This document shows positions 27,415 through 42,175 of a DNA stretch of 64,000 nt, in pieces. The notes below the pieces were generated by a model. That model saw only the letters and a list, made by a program, of their open reading frames with translations. It was not told the DNA's origin and did no database searches. How positions within the stretch are numbered: position 1 is the first letter of the stretch; every line of letters starts with the position of its first letter. The stretch is from the NCBI GenBank assembly GCA_035221665.1, contig CM069164.1, forward strand, positions 20,336,001 to 20,400,000. Reading direction: 5' to 3'. The position numbers and the translations under genes are program-made. The DNA is from Okamejei kenojei (Eukaryota).

Positions 27415-27587
27415 TTCGCAACATTTCGGGTCGAGACCATTCTTCAAATTGATCAGTCTGAAGAAGGGTCTTGACCCGAAATGTCGCCATTTCCTTCGCT
27501 CCATAGATGCTGCCTCACTCGTTGAGTTTCTCCAGCATAATTGTCTACCTTCGATTTTCCAGCATCTGCAGTTCCTTCTTAAACATT
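27415..27587. mobile_element. Head-to-head Penelope pLTR-derived repeat
   Basis: Imperfect palindrome centred on TGATCA, followed by the family tail (ctccatagatgctgcc...tgcagttccttcttaaac). Confidence 0.65.
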
Positions 27588-28146
27588 GTTGGGATTAGGA
27601 TAATTATTTTTCTGCCTAATTTTCCTTTACAACAAATGTAAAAAAAAAAAAAAATTCTTGCCAGATTGGCATACAGTTTAACAATTGTGTAAAACAGAAT
27701 TCATTTAGAATGTTAAACATCTTACACCGTACACTTGCCAACATTGTATTGGAAAAGATTGATCACATTTACAATATCTTTTTAATCGGAACACTTCATA
27801 TCATCCTGAGCAAGGCCATATACTTGCGAGAATTTTTCATTTTAAATAGAGATGAAGAAATAAGCAGGAAAGATTTTATAATGGATTGAATGATCCTCAG
27901 GAATCTTGTCACTAAACCAACTGCAAACAAAGACTACCTGAAACTTGAAAATACTGGAAATGCTGGGCAGCATGTGTGGCAACAGAACCATTAACATTCC
28001 AGGTCTAGGACCTTTATCAATACCATTATTTTTGAATCTGTTGGGATTGGAAATTGATAAGTATTGTTCCTGCACATATTGGTTTTTAACCCAAAATGAT
28101 TTGATCGGGCAAGCTCGTCACCGAAAAATTAGAAAATCAAAATTAC

Positions 28147-28182
28147 CTTGCTAGAGTCAGACCTATCCCATTATCAGAGAAC
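28147..28182 (-). CDS. CEMIP2-like: Exon 14, micro-exon (FSDNGIGLTLA)
   Basis: 36 nt, phase 2-2, ttctgcAG/GTAAT; family motif F.DNGIGLT.AS. Confidence 0.93.
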
Positions 28183-28461
28183 CTGCAGAAGCAAAGAGAA
28201 TAGGGTCACATTCCAGAATTTCATGTATCTTACATTATACAGCAAGCAACATAATATCAAATCCTTTGTGAAACATGTGATCAGCGAATTGTTTTGTATA
28301 GCCGTAGTAACTACCTCTGCATTATATCTTCAGTACCATGCATGCAGCATCAGCAGTGGAACCTCTAGCTCAGTGACTGAGATACACCATCTCTAATAAT
28401 TCATTCAATGCTTCTATATTTTCTGTTGCAAAGAGATGTTCCAGCATATAACAGAACTTAC

Positions 28462-28593
28462 CCGGAGTTGCGGAATATAATGTCTCCCCCTCTAGCCCAA
28501 GCTCCATGCTCATTGTTTTTAAAAGCTATAAGACCATCAATAACAGCAGGAACACGTGGCTGCCTTGGGTCAGCATTTTGATGAGGGCGAAAC
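28462..28593 (-). CDS. CEMIP2-like: Exon 13 (FRPHQNADP...IAFKNNEHGAWARGGDI)
   Basis: Translated by hand; 132 nt, phase 2-2, AG/GTAAG. Confidence 0.95.
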
Positions 28594-30766
28594 CTATGTC
28601 AAAGATTCAGAGCAGAAGTTACAGATCTGTCATGGCTCTTGAGACAAAGCATTGAAAACAGAAGGCAGACACTGAGGCCCAAGGAATTAATAGACGTCAG
28701 AAACCAAGATTCAGTGGGAACAGAAGGCTAAATACAACAGTTTTAAACACTAATGAATTATTAATCCATTATTAGGTTGAGGATAAGATATTTAGAGCCA
28801 TATAAATAAATAATTAAAGGACAAATCTTGTTACATGATTTCAGCCAAAAAAAAATTAAGCAATCATTGCATATTATGCCAAATATGCTTGCAGCAAAGT
28901 GTAAACATCAAGAAAATTGGAGATTATAAATAATAAAAACAACAGTTGAATGGTAAATAAGACTCTTCTTGCTGCACATGGAGCATGTTATTAGAAGATC
29001 CAATGGCTGTTGCTGGCAATATATGCCTATATGCCACCATTGTATGAGAATTATTCAATATTTTATACATATTATTGATTACATGTGAACCCACAATATT
29101 CATTATTTATTTGGGGAAAACAAATGGTCGGCACGGACTGGAAGGGCTGTAATTGTTATATGGTTATATGGTTATTATTTAAGCTTCACAGCAGCAGATA
29201 TATCTATCTGTACTTCACTGTATGTTGGCACTTTTCGCTAGAACAATGCAGTTTTACTCGTATCGTTGCAAGATATTCTGAAGAAACAGAGAATTTTAAT
29301 GCAGAATAATTTTTGTTTACTTGGTATCAGCCCCGAGGAATGACCTTTTCAAACAGGGTGGCAAGTACATGGAACAAACTAGCAGAGAAAGTAGTTGAGC
29401 TAGGTAAAATACCATTTAAAAGACATTTGGATAGGTACATGGAGAGGAAGGATTTAGAGGGCTATAAACCAAACAAGGGTAAATTGGACTTGCTTAGATG
29501 GGACATCCTGATTGGCATGACCGAGTTAGGTCGATGGGCCTGTTTTTGTGCTGCAAGTCTCCATGACACCAAGTGATAATTTTATCAAGCTCTCTATTGG
29601 GTCATCAGCCAAGAACCTCGCTTATCTCATTCCCTTGACAACTGACCTAACCCAGCTTGATTGCTATGTTGTCAATGCCAGTAGTGAGAAACAAGTCTTT
29701 ATCACTCTGTCTCTACACTCTTTCCAATCCCAATCTTCAAAATACCCAACAGTTAATTCTGCCCCATGCATCTCAATATATCTAATGGCTTCTTGGTCCA
29801 ATCTTCATTACCGACTCCCAGTTGACAGCTATTGAGTTCTCCTTTCCCCCTTCCTATTATTTTTAAGCATCAACCCACTGAGAGATTCCCCAACGCTGAC
29901 CTCCTCCCTTAATTCCACACTCTTACTATTAACTGGCGGTATCAAACAATAATACCCAATGCCAAAACCAAACACCAATCTCCAGCATTTGGCCCTGCTT
30001 GGATAGAGTAAGGAAGCTGTATGTTATCAAAACAAGCACGAAAAAATATTGCTGAATGAAATAATTTCGTAAATAGCCAAATCTTGCAGGGGAAGTAATC
30101 ATCTATTTCGTTCCCACAAGGAAGAGGCTGCAAATAAGCATCAAAACTCACCAGTGAACACAGCTTGCATAATTTCTCCCTAAATAATGTTTACATGGAA
30201 GTTGTTTTGTTCAATTTAAAAATGCTTCAAGCATTGGAAAAATGAATGCTTATAAGTTGGACTCATTTGCATAGAGTTTATGCCAAATTTCCCAGGGTGA
30301 TATCATGCTAGCAAGCATTACTAGTTCAATAAACTAGCCCCAGCGTTTCTGTGCATCACTGAACATACAACCAACATTTGTCCATCATTCGTCATTAAGC
30401 CAATGATGTCATAGAGCATACCTTTACTCTTGGCCAAAAGTAGAGCCTGTGGAGTGTTAATGGGCATGCGAGGGGGAATGGTTAACAGGCCACTAAGTGG
30501 ACTATAGTATTTAAGGGATTGCTCTGAGAGCTGGGACAGACAGGATAGGCCGATTGGCTTAATTCCATGCCTTAAGTAAATATGATCTAACAAAACCTAA
30601 TAAAAATAAATCAAGTAGTAAGTATAAGAGCATAAACTGAACCAGCAAAGATAATTTCACTGAAAGTGCACACAAAGACATTCCTAAATAGAGAAACATG
30701 TAAAAATATGGAAGGACCTTTACACAGAAGTAAATCAATTTTCTGAAATATTTAATTCTGCTATAC

Positions 30767-30852
30767 CTTGCAAAGTCCAGTGCAAGAATTTCCCTGGGAT
30801 CATTGTCATTGCATTTGGTTGTCTTCACTCCACTGTCAATGAAAAGTCCAGC
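30767..30852 (-). CDS. CEMIP2-like: Exon 12 (AGLFIDSGVKTTKCNDNDPREILALDFAR)
   Basis: 86 nt, phase 0-2, AG/GTATAG. Confidence 0.93.
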
Positions 30853-33370
30853 CTGGGGGAAAGGAGACCAGAAATCAATAAATCGCTGGAGATACTAATC
30901 CTAACATTCCAGCCTGGCACTATAATAAAACACACATTAGTAACATTGAGTAGAATTAACAACTACAGAAACTCCCTCTTCTTTTCTGGAGGATTGGGCA
31001 TTTCAAAATGATAATATACAGCAAAAGTGAGTTGACTGTCTAGCAGAAAACACTAGGCACACGAGGCTTTTTCTGATTGGCAAGATGCAATGAGCAAGGT
31101 GCCAACACAATTGGTGTTAGTGCCATAATTCTTGTTTACCTTGCATATCCCAGTAAATGACTTGGATCAAGATACCAAAAGCTAAAACAGCTAAATTTGA
31201 TGATGGCACAGAGATGTCATGAAGCAGACCTAGAAAGGTTAGAGATGGATTTGATGTTCTACCAAGTGGATTATAATGTGGGAAAATGGGAAACTGACCA
31301 TTTTGGCAAGAAAAATAAAGGACAAGAATTTTATCTGAATAGTGAGAGACAGTCGAGTTCTGAAATGCTGAGATCACCATGTTTATACATGATTCTCAAT
31401 GGGCTAGAAAGCAAGTAATTAGGGTAGCTAATGGCATGCTACCAATGCTAGTGGAAAATGAGTCAGATTGGTATCTCAAAGATTCCCCCTGTAGAGTATG
31501 TGAATGTCGCGTGCCTCTCCCACTAGCTCAATCATGGAACTAATACTCTAGGGTCATCAGCACGGATGTCCCCCCACATTGGGAACTACGGGCAAACCCA
31601 AAGAGGAACAAGTTAATAAGTTCTTTATTAACTTGTCAGTTTCTTTGTTGAACTAAATTAAGGCGCATGTTGCAATCAAAAGTGCTTGAACAATTGGTTG
31701 GGAAGAAAGCCAAACTGTAAGAAATAGGACTGCGCCTCCTTTTCAAGAGCAGCCAGCTCTTGCACAGTCGGTGCTCAAGAAATCTTGAAAACGCCCTGGC
31801 TGTGAGACAACATGAGACAAAGCAATCTTCCTGGATAACCTCAATGCTGGAGACAATATCTGGTAGCAAGACATAATTTACAAGGAGGGAGTAGGGAAAG
31901 ATCAATCCAACAGAATCCTCCTGACAAATTGCTTGAAGCGCAGACTTGTCAAATTCAACAACTTATTTTGTCAGAGACAATCACAAGGCTTTAAGGCAAT
32001 GCCCTTGATCTTGTCATAGGCAGCAGTTTGACTACATCACTCTCCAAACTGGAAACCACAAAGGCGATGTCAGTTGGATTGAGCATTACCTAAAACCACC
32101 AGGCACAAAGCAATAAAGCCACAAGAAACAAATAACTTTGGAGCTTCCAAGTACCGCACAAAAGATGACTCTATTAGAAACATAGAAATTAGGTGTAGGA
32201 GTAGGCCATTCGGCCCTTCGAGCCTGCACCGCCATTCAATATGATCATGGCTGATCATCCAACTCAGTATCCCGTACCTGCCTTCTCTCCATACCCCCTG
32301 ATCCCCTTAGCCACAAGGGCCACATCTAACTCCCTCTTAAATATAGCCAATGAACTGGCCTCAACTACCCTCTGTGCAGAGTAATTCAGACAGCACTTTA
32401 CATACAATCGGATAACCCCACAAACAACAAGAGCTTCAATTAGCACCTATTGAAAGACTTCTCTACCAAGACGTACCAGGGCAGGTTTGTAAGAATCAAT
32501 TGAGGATCCAAGAGTTAACCAACCTCGACTGTACGGTGTTTTGGGATTAGAAACACCACTGTGATTTAAAAAAGCAGCTCTTTAAATATAAGGTGGCCCA
32601 GAACACAAAACCCTTGACCCGAAAAACAGGAGGAAGAGCATAGGCTATCCAACACTGATAACACACACTCTTAATGAGACAATTAACAGTCTAAACACCC
32701 AAGAGTAGGAAAGAACTGCAGAAACTGGTTTAATCGAAGGTCGACATAAAATGCTGGAGTAACTCAGCAGGACAGGCAGCATCTCTGGAGAGAAGGAATG
32801 GGTGACGTTTCAGGTTTCAGGTTGAGACCCTTCTTCAGCCAAGAGTATACCCACTGTAAGTGAGGAATGGAGGTAACACACCATGGACAATAATGTAGGG
32901 CAGCGTCCACTGCATGGGACTTTTGAGATCTGACATTACCCTTGATATTAATGTTCTTGACTAATCTCTCAGCAAGATATCCAGTTAGTATGTTTTCCCG
33001 GTGATTGCGTGGGGTTTCTCCAGGTGCTCCGGTTTCCTCCCACTTTCCAAAGGCATGCAGGTTTGTAGGTTGATTGACTTCTGTAAATTGCCCCTAGTGC
33101 GTAAGATGCAAAAGTGGGATGACGTAGTGTACAGGTGATCGATAGCTGGAGTGGACTCGGTGGACTGAAGGGCCTGTTTCCATGCTGTATTTCCAAACTA
33201 ATCTAATAAATTTGGGTTGAAATCTAAACCTAGGCGTAGAATACACAAGCGTGCCTACAGGCTATATTTTAAATAGTTCACAACAATAATTGGAAATCTT
33301 ATTTTGAAACAAAAACTATGTGCAAAATAAATCATTGTTACATGCTCTTATTGCAGCAGAGTACACACAC

Positions 33371-33499
33371 CTTGAAGTTAGAATGTACCCTGTTATTGTA
33401 AAATATTCCCAAGGGGGTAAACTCTGGCTGGCCATCTGGAAATTGACCCACAGATTCTCCAGTAGGGTTACGGTGGAAAATATACCATATCCCCACATC
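33371..33499 (-). CDS. CEMIP2-like: Exon 11 (DVGIWYIFH...TPLGIFYNNRVHSNFK)
   Basis: 129 nt, phase 0-0, ctttccAG/GTGTGT. Confidence 0.95.
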
Positions 33500-36400
33500 C
33501 TGGAAAGGAAGAAGATTAAACAAGAAACGTTAAAACCAGGAAAAACAACATATATATCTTTGAACAAAACACTCTCTCTAAGCATAATTGTGCTTCAATC
33601 GAAATATTCAAATACTAAACTAACCTATACATTTAAATGAATTCACACATCCCAGAGGAGAACCAGCGTAAAATAGGTTTTGAGGTTAATTATTGCTTTT
33701 TGTAGGTTGGACCAAATGTATGCAGAAATTAAAATGGAAAAATCAGCAAATACTGAACATCTGAAATAGATGCAGAATAAAATGCCCTTGCATCTATTAA
33801 ACATGCAAGGACTGTTCCTGGACTCATGCAAAGTATTTTGCAACAGTAATATTTCATACAAAGTAGTTGCCTACTTGCCACACACTGAATAGAAACATTA
33901 ATCAAAATGTATTTCTATGGAATCAAGGGATTATTTGCCCTTCCATTTATTGTTGTTCCATAATTTCTCTTGAGAATGTTGTGGTGAGCTAAACCATTGT
34001 AATTCTTAAAAAAATACCAGATATGCTCAGCAAGTCAGGAGAGGTAGAAATGACCATTTGAGATCAAAGTTTCATCACCAACAAGTTACACTTGTGTAGA
34101 TGTATTCAAAAGACCCAGCAGAACAACACCAGTCCCACCTATACATTTGTGTAAGAAGGAACTGCAGATGCTGGTTTAAACCAAAGATAGACACAAAAAA
34201 ACTGGAGTAACTCAGCGGGACAGGCAGCATCTGTCTGAGAGAAGGAATGGGTGACGTTTTGGGTCGATCACATCTTCAGACTGTCTTCTTGAGCTTTTTG
34301 TGTCTATCTTCCACCTAAACATTTTGCAGACTTTGGGACCCCAGATCAAATTTTACAATTTCAAGCTTTCCCTGTATGAGAATTGGCCAAATCATCTGTA
34401 ATATTAACCAATTTTTTCACTCTCCAGAGGCGTTACTCAATTTCTAATATTTTCCATTGGGCTTTAAGTTCACTGCAACTGCGCTGGCCTCCAATTTATA
34501 GCTTTTACCTATCCCTTTCTCCATTTCCTTTCTTGCTGACTGCCAGCATTAGTCTATCAATGGGACAACTTTGTTAACAGCATATCACTATACAACCCTG
34601 GCTTCACCTTTGTCCTATCCATCTCTCCCATTGTCTCACTGGACACGTTGTTCGTTTTCCCCCCAGTTCTAAAGAAAAGTTGCCGAGCTGAAACATTAAC
34701 TCTGCTTCTCTCTACATGGATGCCGCCTGACCTGATGAGTGTTTCCAGCACTTTTTGTTTTACTCCAATTATGTGCAAACATTCCCCTACGCCCTCGCCC
34801 ACAAAAGATATCACCATACGTTTTCACCACCTTAACATCTTTCAGGGTCAATTTTTCAGATGCCATGCCACAAATCCCATTTCAAAACTGCCCCGTTTCA
34901 TGACCCCAAGTTGAATAAAATAATTAATATATTAAAGTCTGTAAAGTACTGCTTGGATTCTTTTGGGGTACTGTTATATTTTGCAGGTTTCAGATCAGTT
35001 AGATCTGTGATAACTATATGATTAATTCATTCCTGGCGATGGTGGTATTTGACATCAACACACTATTTACATGGTGAGAATGAAGTAACAGTGACTGGGA
35101 ATTTTCACAAATTGGTAAGCCAGCTACGAAACGATTGTTTGGGATAAGTTAATCCTCTTTATAAATCAGTCATAGCTCAGCGATATAGTTCTTGCATCTT
35201 GGAAACAAAGACTGGGTGTTTTGAGCAGCAAAATCTCAGGTTGATACCGAATTACAGAAATGAGGGGAAGCTGCCTTTTGGGCAAGACATTAAATGGAAG
35301 CCCTACCATGTAACAACGTGGATGAATTTGAAGAATAGAAGAGCTCTCCACTGGGTAACCTCACCCAAAATTAATAAAATGGATTGAATACGGATTCTTG
35401 CTGAGACCAGGGTGAACGGGCGATTGGTGATCAGAGCGGACTCGGTACGCCAAAGGGAGAGTTTCCATGCTGTATTTTGCAATCAATTAAATAAAAACAC
35501 CATGCTTTGAGCAGTGCACCTTTTGTCACCTTACCCAGGAAAATATATACTTGACATAGAAAAAAATAACACAAAGGTTCACCAAACCGAGTCCTGTTAA
35601 ATTAGAAGGGATTGGATAGACTCAAGTTTGGAAGAATAAGTCCCATGAAGCTGGCAAGTGTCTAACAGGGCTCAATTGGCAGGATGAAGAGATGATGTTT
35701 GGCTTGGCTAGAAGATCAAATATAGATGGTCAATATTTGGTTAGGCCTGAAGTCAAGTTGCCTTGGCAAGATCCAAACTTGGCACCAGCAATTAAGTGTT
35801 GCATAATACTATTGCCCATGACGGCTCCCATCACTTTGCAGATGATTGAGAACAGATAGATTGGCCAGTTTGGATTGTCCTACATTTTGTAAACAGAGCA
35901 CAGCAAGGCAGTTCTCATATTGTTTGGTGGACGCTGATGTTATAAGTGTACTAGACGGAGGTGGGAGAAACTTTGAAAATAGCAAGAGCACCAAATGTAT
36001 TCGGGGTGCAGGGATTTTTCATTATCCATAGCCAAGTGATTAGGTAGCATCACTATAATGACCAGGCCATGTTCTGAAGGGCAAAACTGAAATAACTGCG
36101 TATACGTCCTAGACCATGCCTCACCATTTACCAGCAGTACATGGATCTGCCAATGGATCTGCCAATGCTCCTATTAGTAGAAACGATTAATGCACAATCC
36201 TTGTGCAAAGCCCTGTCTTCACACCAAGACTAACCACCAGGGTATTGTGAAGGTGATAAGTTCTAATCAGGAAGTGGTTTCCTTGTCCATGGCTGTCCTG
36301 ATGCCATGTGTATTTATGAGGTGTGGCGTCAATTCTTGTCTTTGGTGTGACTGTTCTACTCATGGAATAAGATTGGTTTAATAATAATGCTCATGGATTG

Positions 36401-37824
36401 TGTTGGAGATCTAGTACATTGTTAGGAATGAATCTGCAAGTATGATTATGTCGGGCTTTTGAATGACTGGTCAGTGGCATAGCACTCTGCAAATCTTTGT
36501 GAGGAGGTCTTTGTCTAATGTTTTTGGGAGCCATTTGCTGTATCCAGATTTAATAGAGTCAGTGTCTTACAGCATGGAGACAGGCCCTTTTGCCCACATT
36601 TCCCATCTACAGTAGTCCCATGTGCCTGCATTTGGCCCACCCGTCTTATCCATGAACCTGTCTACATGCTTCTTAAACATTGTGATACTCAAGTCAATGC
36701 CAGGCTGTCCCATCCAATTTTCTGCCAGAGACACTATTTCACAGCAGTCAGTGCTGTTATCTCACAGCTTTGGGAGCCTTGGTTCCATTCTGGCCTTGGA
36801 TGCTGTTTGTGTGGAGATTGCACACTCTCCCCATGACCACCAGTTTCAACTGAGTGACCCAGTTTCCTCCCAGGTTCTAATGAAATACTGGTAGGTTAAT
36901 TGGCTACAGTAACTTACCGGCAATTAGAAGCGAAGAAAAAGTTGATAGAAATGTTTGAGAGAGAATAATTTGAAGGGCTACTGGGAAATGAGAGGGAAGA
37001 AAGGGACTAATTGCTCCCAGGGGCTTGGCAAGGAAGCGATGGTTCTCTATCTGTATCATTATGTGTACAAGAACATAAATTTAAAGTTTGACTGTAATGG
37101 AACCGAGTGATTTACTAGGCCACTCCATTGGCAATTAAGAGTTAACCATATAGGGTGTGCCTGGAGTCATCTGCAAATCACTGAATGATAGCTTTCCCCT
37201 CAAGGACATTGGTGAACCAGATGTTTTTTTTTTTTTATAACAATCCCGTAGTTTAAGAACATATTTATGAAGAATAGCTGTTGCTTCTTTTTTCAGATTC
37301 AAATTTATTAAGAAATGCTAATGTTCTTACTGGTGGGTTTTCCCCTTCCGACAGATATCGCTAGTCTCTGGATTACTATTCTGGTGCTTTAACAAGTGTC
37401 CATGCCCATGTTGAGAACATTATGATCAGAAGTTCATAATGATCATATGAACATGGGCCACTCTCTGTGATCCTGTTTACTGCACGGCTTTAACTGAAAT
37501 ATCAAGCCAAAATAAAGGACAACAAGTCTAATTCACCTCATGTATAAATGGAGCCTGTATAACAACTGGGTGGATTTACAAAACAAATATATGCAGACAG
37601 CAGCTTGTCAGATTAAAAAAAACACGATTGCCAGGTCATGATTTCCTGACTAAATAGTACTGTTAGGGACATGTTGCTGGTAGGGGTGGTGGGGGAATGT
37701 TACATGAATGACTCTGAAAAAGAATATTTACTATATGATAGAACTTTATTTGTCCCAGGAGGGAAATTGAAATCCCAGGCTGCTGTCTGTGTAAACTGGT
37801 TTTCCAAGTCAACCATTGCCTTAC

Positions 37825-37894
37825 CTGGGCACCAGCTGCTGCATTGTTGATGAGGTGGTTGTTAGGATTGGATATCCAAAATGTTGTGACGGCC
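37825..37894 (-). CDS. CEMIP2-like: Exon 10 (AVTTFWISNPNNHLINNAAAGAQ)
   Basis: 70 nt, phase 2-0, AG/GTAAG. Confidence 0.95.
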
Positions 37895-40569
37895 CTGCAA
37901 ATTAACATTCCACTTTAGTGATAACACAGCATCCAATAAAGCCAAATTCCCTCTTAAAACGAGAGCGACAACAGCAAATGTATTAAAATAATTTTATACT
38001 CGGAACTTAAGCGTATGCTACTCGGGTTTGAGCGAGATCCAAATTCTCAACAGTCCAATGGTTAATTAGATTAGTCAGTTTCTTCGACATGTTTCCGAAG
38101 CACTTCAAATATCTCCGAAAGTTGACAATGTGTTTCAATGAATGTCATTTCCTGTCTAACCCACAGTACGGCTAGCATGCCAAGCGTGAGAAGACAAGGA
38201 ACAATAGATGGTGGCTTACAGAAAAAAAAAATGCTGGAGTAACTCAGTGGGTCAGGCAGCATCTCTCGCTGACATGGATAAGTCTGAAGAAAGGTCCCGA
38301 CCAAAAACGTCAGTACTCCATGTCCTCCAGAGATGCTGCCTGACCTGCTCAGTTACACTAGTACTTTGTGCCTTTTTTAGTAGCCAAAGCATGTTGGGCA
38401 TGATGGAGGTGGGGAGGGGGTGAGAGATGGGGAGATGTGATGGGAAGAAGGAGCATTTGATGGGGATGTGGTGACAGGGACAATTAGTGTGGAAATGTGA
38501 TTAATAATTGCATGTAATCGTAATATTTATAATCTATTGAATGGATGGACAGACAATTGCTCTTTATCTTGTTCCATTTAGTATGAATTTTCAATAATCC
38601 ATGGTAACTCCACAAAACACTTGCAAGTGAAACATGTGGCCAAGACAGGGCTGTTGGAACACATTCTGGATTTTCCCTCAACGCATTGCATAGTCTACAG
38701 AATCAGTCTTGTTATATGTAGTCTTGGAGACTTTGGAAGAATAAATTAAAATATGACATTCAACAATTCTACTGTGCAACACAATGTATGTGCAATACCA
38801 AATAGAATTCTGAACTGGAAAAGCAACAGCTTCTCACATTCATTTCAAAATAACTTTGGCTTCAGACTCTTCTGTTTGTCTGAGCACATGACATTTCCAA
38901 ACTAGATCTGCACCCCAACTCAAGCAATTCATTTGCACTGTGTGGCCTGCAGACAGTGAAAACCACTCATGCAAGAGCAGAACAATATGAGACCTGCTTC
39001 AATAATACTTAAAGGATTTAGCCCGAAGGTTCCAGTGCTGAAAACCAGCTGCAGTTAGATTCCCCATGTTAGAAACTTAACCCTTGTTCCAGGTGTCCTT
39101 CAGACCCCCCTATCGCCAAACCCTGCAATATCGATGGCACCAACATCCCCCTCACATCATAACAATTCAACCTTAATCTTCCAAACCGATTGCAACCTTA
39201 TTATTCTATCCAACTCTCCGTGCACACACTAATGCTCTGATTCTAGATATCCACCCATTTCCTCGATATTCTTTTTGCCCCCTTGATATGACCATGATCT
39301 TTGCTGGACCATTTCAAAGGATCATCAGATTGCTTGAGTCACAGTCGACCAGACCAGGCATGGAAGAATGACATCCACCTTGAATATAACAATGATGAAT
39401 AAAATAGATCTTTGTTTTGTTTTTTTAAATGACAAACTAGTGGTTGTCACCTGGACGTCTTTGGAATATGGGAGGAGACCCACATGGTCACAGGGAGAAT
39501 GTACGTACACTGTACAGACAACACCTACAGTCAGGATCAAACCTAGATTTCTGGCACTGTGTGGCAGCAACTCTACCGCCGTGCCACATCACACATAAGC
39601 CATTCCATAAATATAGCAACCATCTTTCCTGTATAAATACATTTAATCGGGGATCCCAGAATATAAATAGGTCTGAAATTCTTTCTATTCTCATACCCAG
39701 AAAATAGAGCAACCGATTCAAATTACAAAAATTACATGAAATGCAATTGGCCTACAAAAAATAAATATTAGAAATATTTAAATGGTAAGAAAGCATCTAT
39801 GGAGAGAGTAAAACAAAGTTTATGTTTGATGTTTGATCAACCTACACAGGTAGATGTTCCTTGTGTAGATAAAGCTTGTTGGATTTTAGCTTATGGGAAT
39901 GATTTGCTCCGAAACATATTTTCCTCTCTCCATAGATACCCCCTGATCTGCTGGGTACTTTCAGCATTTCTCTTTCAGATTTCCTGTATCTGCAGTCTTA
40001 TGTTTCTCAATTTTGGGTGCATAGGTTATGCAAAACATTATAATTATCTCTGCTCATGAAACTCACACCATCCTAGGAAAGAGAAGAATGACAGCATCAG
40101 GCAATTACATTTGCCCAAAGGTTATTTTTTTTCAAATTACAATCAGATCCTTACACATTGCAGGAAGGTGCACGTCACCATTAAAAATTAAACAGCTTCT
40201 TCATTTATAAATTTCTAGCTACAATGGGACACATTTTGTAGTCAGCAGCTGGAGCTGTCAGCTTGCTTTCAACCCAAGTAAATATTCTAAACTCAGTAAA
40301 TCCTCAATGGGAACCTGCTGGAAATATTCTTGGTGATGAGCCCCTACACTTCAAAAGGGGCCTTCAGCTTTTCAAGATGCATTCAGTGGAACATAAGGCT
40401 TAGCCAGAAATCTCAAACACGTTCAAAACATATTGTTAAAAGCTTAACTGAAAAATACTTTAAAGCATTTTAAAATATAAATTAATAGACCAATTAGATA
40501 TTTTATGAGCAATTCTCAGAAACATCGACTGAATTAACAAAAACATCCTGAATTCCACATTACTAAGTT

Positions 40570-41670
40570 CCCACCAGAGGAAATCAATGTTTTCAGGGAG
40601 GGTTGCTAGTGATGCTTGGTGGGGAGTGGGGTTTAAACTGGGCTCTGAGCAGTAGATCGTCAGGTGGAATCATTGAGGAAAGGGTGGAGATTAAGTCACG
40701 CAAATCTGACAGGAAAAACAGGTAGGTCCAAGATCATGAACATGATAGGAAAGATGGTATGAAGTATCTTTGTCTTAATGCGGGAAGTTATTAGGTAAAT
40801 AAGAAAATGGAGAGCAGGTGGAGGAACTCAACGGCTCAGGTAGTATCCATGGAAGGAAATGGTTAGTTAATGTTTCAGATCAAGATCGTTCATAATGGGC
40901 AAGGCAGATGTGCTTCGAGCTTGAAATACAATTTTGCAGCCATTACTGAAACTTGATTAAAAGAAGAGCTGGAGTGGCAGATTAACATTCCAGGGCATAG
41001 ATGTTTTAGAGAGGGATCTATAAGAGGTCGGGGGGGATTGCATGTTGATTGGGGAGGACATCACAAAAGTAAAGTCAAATACAAGAGAGGGAAGGGTACT
41101 GTGAATGCCCCTATGGAGCAATAATGAACTGAGGGATATTGAGGTGCAGGTTCATAGCTCCTGAAAGTGGCAACACGAGTGGATAGGATGGCAATAAAGA
41201 TTTTCTTTCATCAATTGGGACATTGAGTATAAAAGTTGATAAGTCATGTTACAGCTGTATAACATTTTTTACGCTAAATGTTGGAATATTTTGTGCAGTT
41301 CCGACCACCACACTATAGGAAGAAGGCTTAGGAGAGGGTACAGAAAAGGTTCACCTGGATGTTGGCTGGATTGGAGCATATTAGTTATAAGGAGAGGTTG
41401 CACAAGGTAAAGATGTTGAATACTAGAGGGCATGGGTGAAAGATGAAAGTTTAAAATGAAACGTACAGAAGAGGGTAGGTGCCTGGAATGAATAGCAAGA
41501 GGAGATGATAGAAGATACAACAGCAATGTTTAAGAAGCATTTGGACAGATACATGAACCGGTTGGCATACAGAGGGATATGGAACATATGCAGGCATGTG
41601 GGATTAGTTTAGATTGGCAACATCATCTGCATGGGCTAAAGGGCCTGTTCCTGTGTTATATTGTCTATAT
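40570..41670 (+). mobile_element. Fragmented CR1 (ORF1/ORF2 junction pieces plus 3' end)
   Basis: gggtttaaact junction-like segment, TET..LNIPGHR endonuclease-like piece, then ERVQKRFTWML and a CR1 3' UTR. Confidence 0.6.
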
Positions 41671-41969
41671 AGTGTTATCGGTGGTGAACTGCCTTGGGAT
41701 TTATATATTAAGATATGCATGCATGGATATTTTGCAGCTGGTTCACATGTAAACATGGGCTCATCTTGTCTGATCTGAGGCTGTGCCATTGAATCAGTAA
41801 TTATATGGATGATGGTCAAAATCTTCATACTTGAAGTGCTTGTATTTCACTTTCCATGATGGACTGATATCCCCTCATTTTACATTGAACCTTTTTCTAA
41901 TCAGAAATGGCCAGAAAAAGTGCCAATATAGTGACTCAACCAATGGGAGAAATTCCAGGTTTAACTTAC

Positions 41970-42175
41970 ATGCAGTCATTACTTGGTATGGGAATATAAT
42001 TTCCACAAACTTGATTACGGATTGAAATGCACATAATTTCATTGCGGTCAGAAGGGAGGATGGTGCCTGGCTTGGTAAGGAGACCCAGGTTGTGATAGAG
42101 TATGTTTCTCTGCTCCACACCATCCTCCAGGAAGAAACAATGTCCAAGCGTGTCATACCCTATTGTATCTTTGAC
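41970..42175 (-). CDS. CEMIP2-like: Exon 9 (VKDTIGYDTLGHCFFLEDGVEQRN...LPSDRN...NDC)
   Basis: Translated by hand (this frame is not in the ORF track); 206 nt, phase 0-2, AG/GTAAG. Confidence 0.95.
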
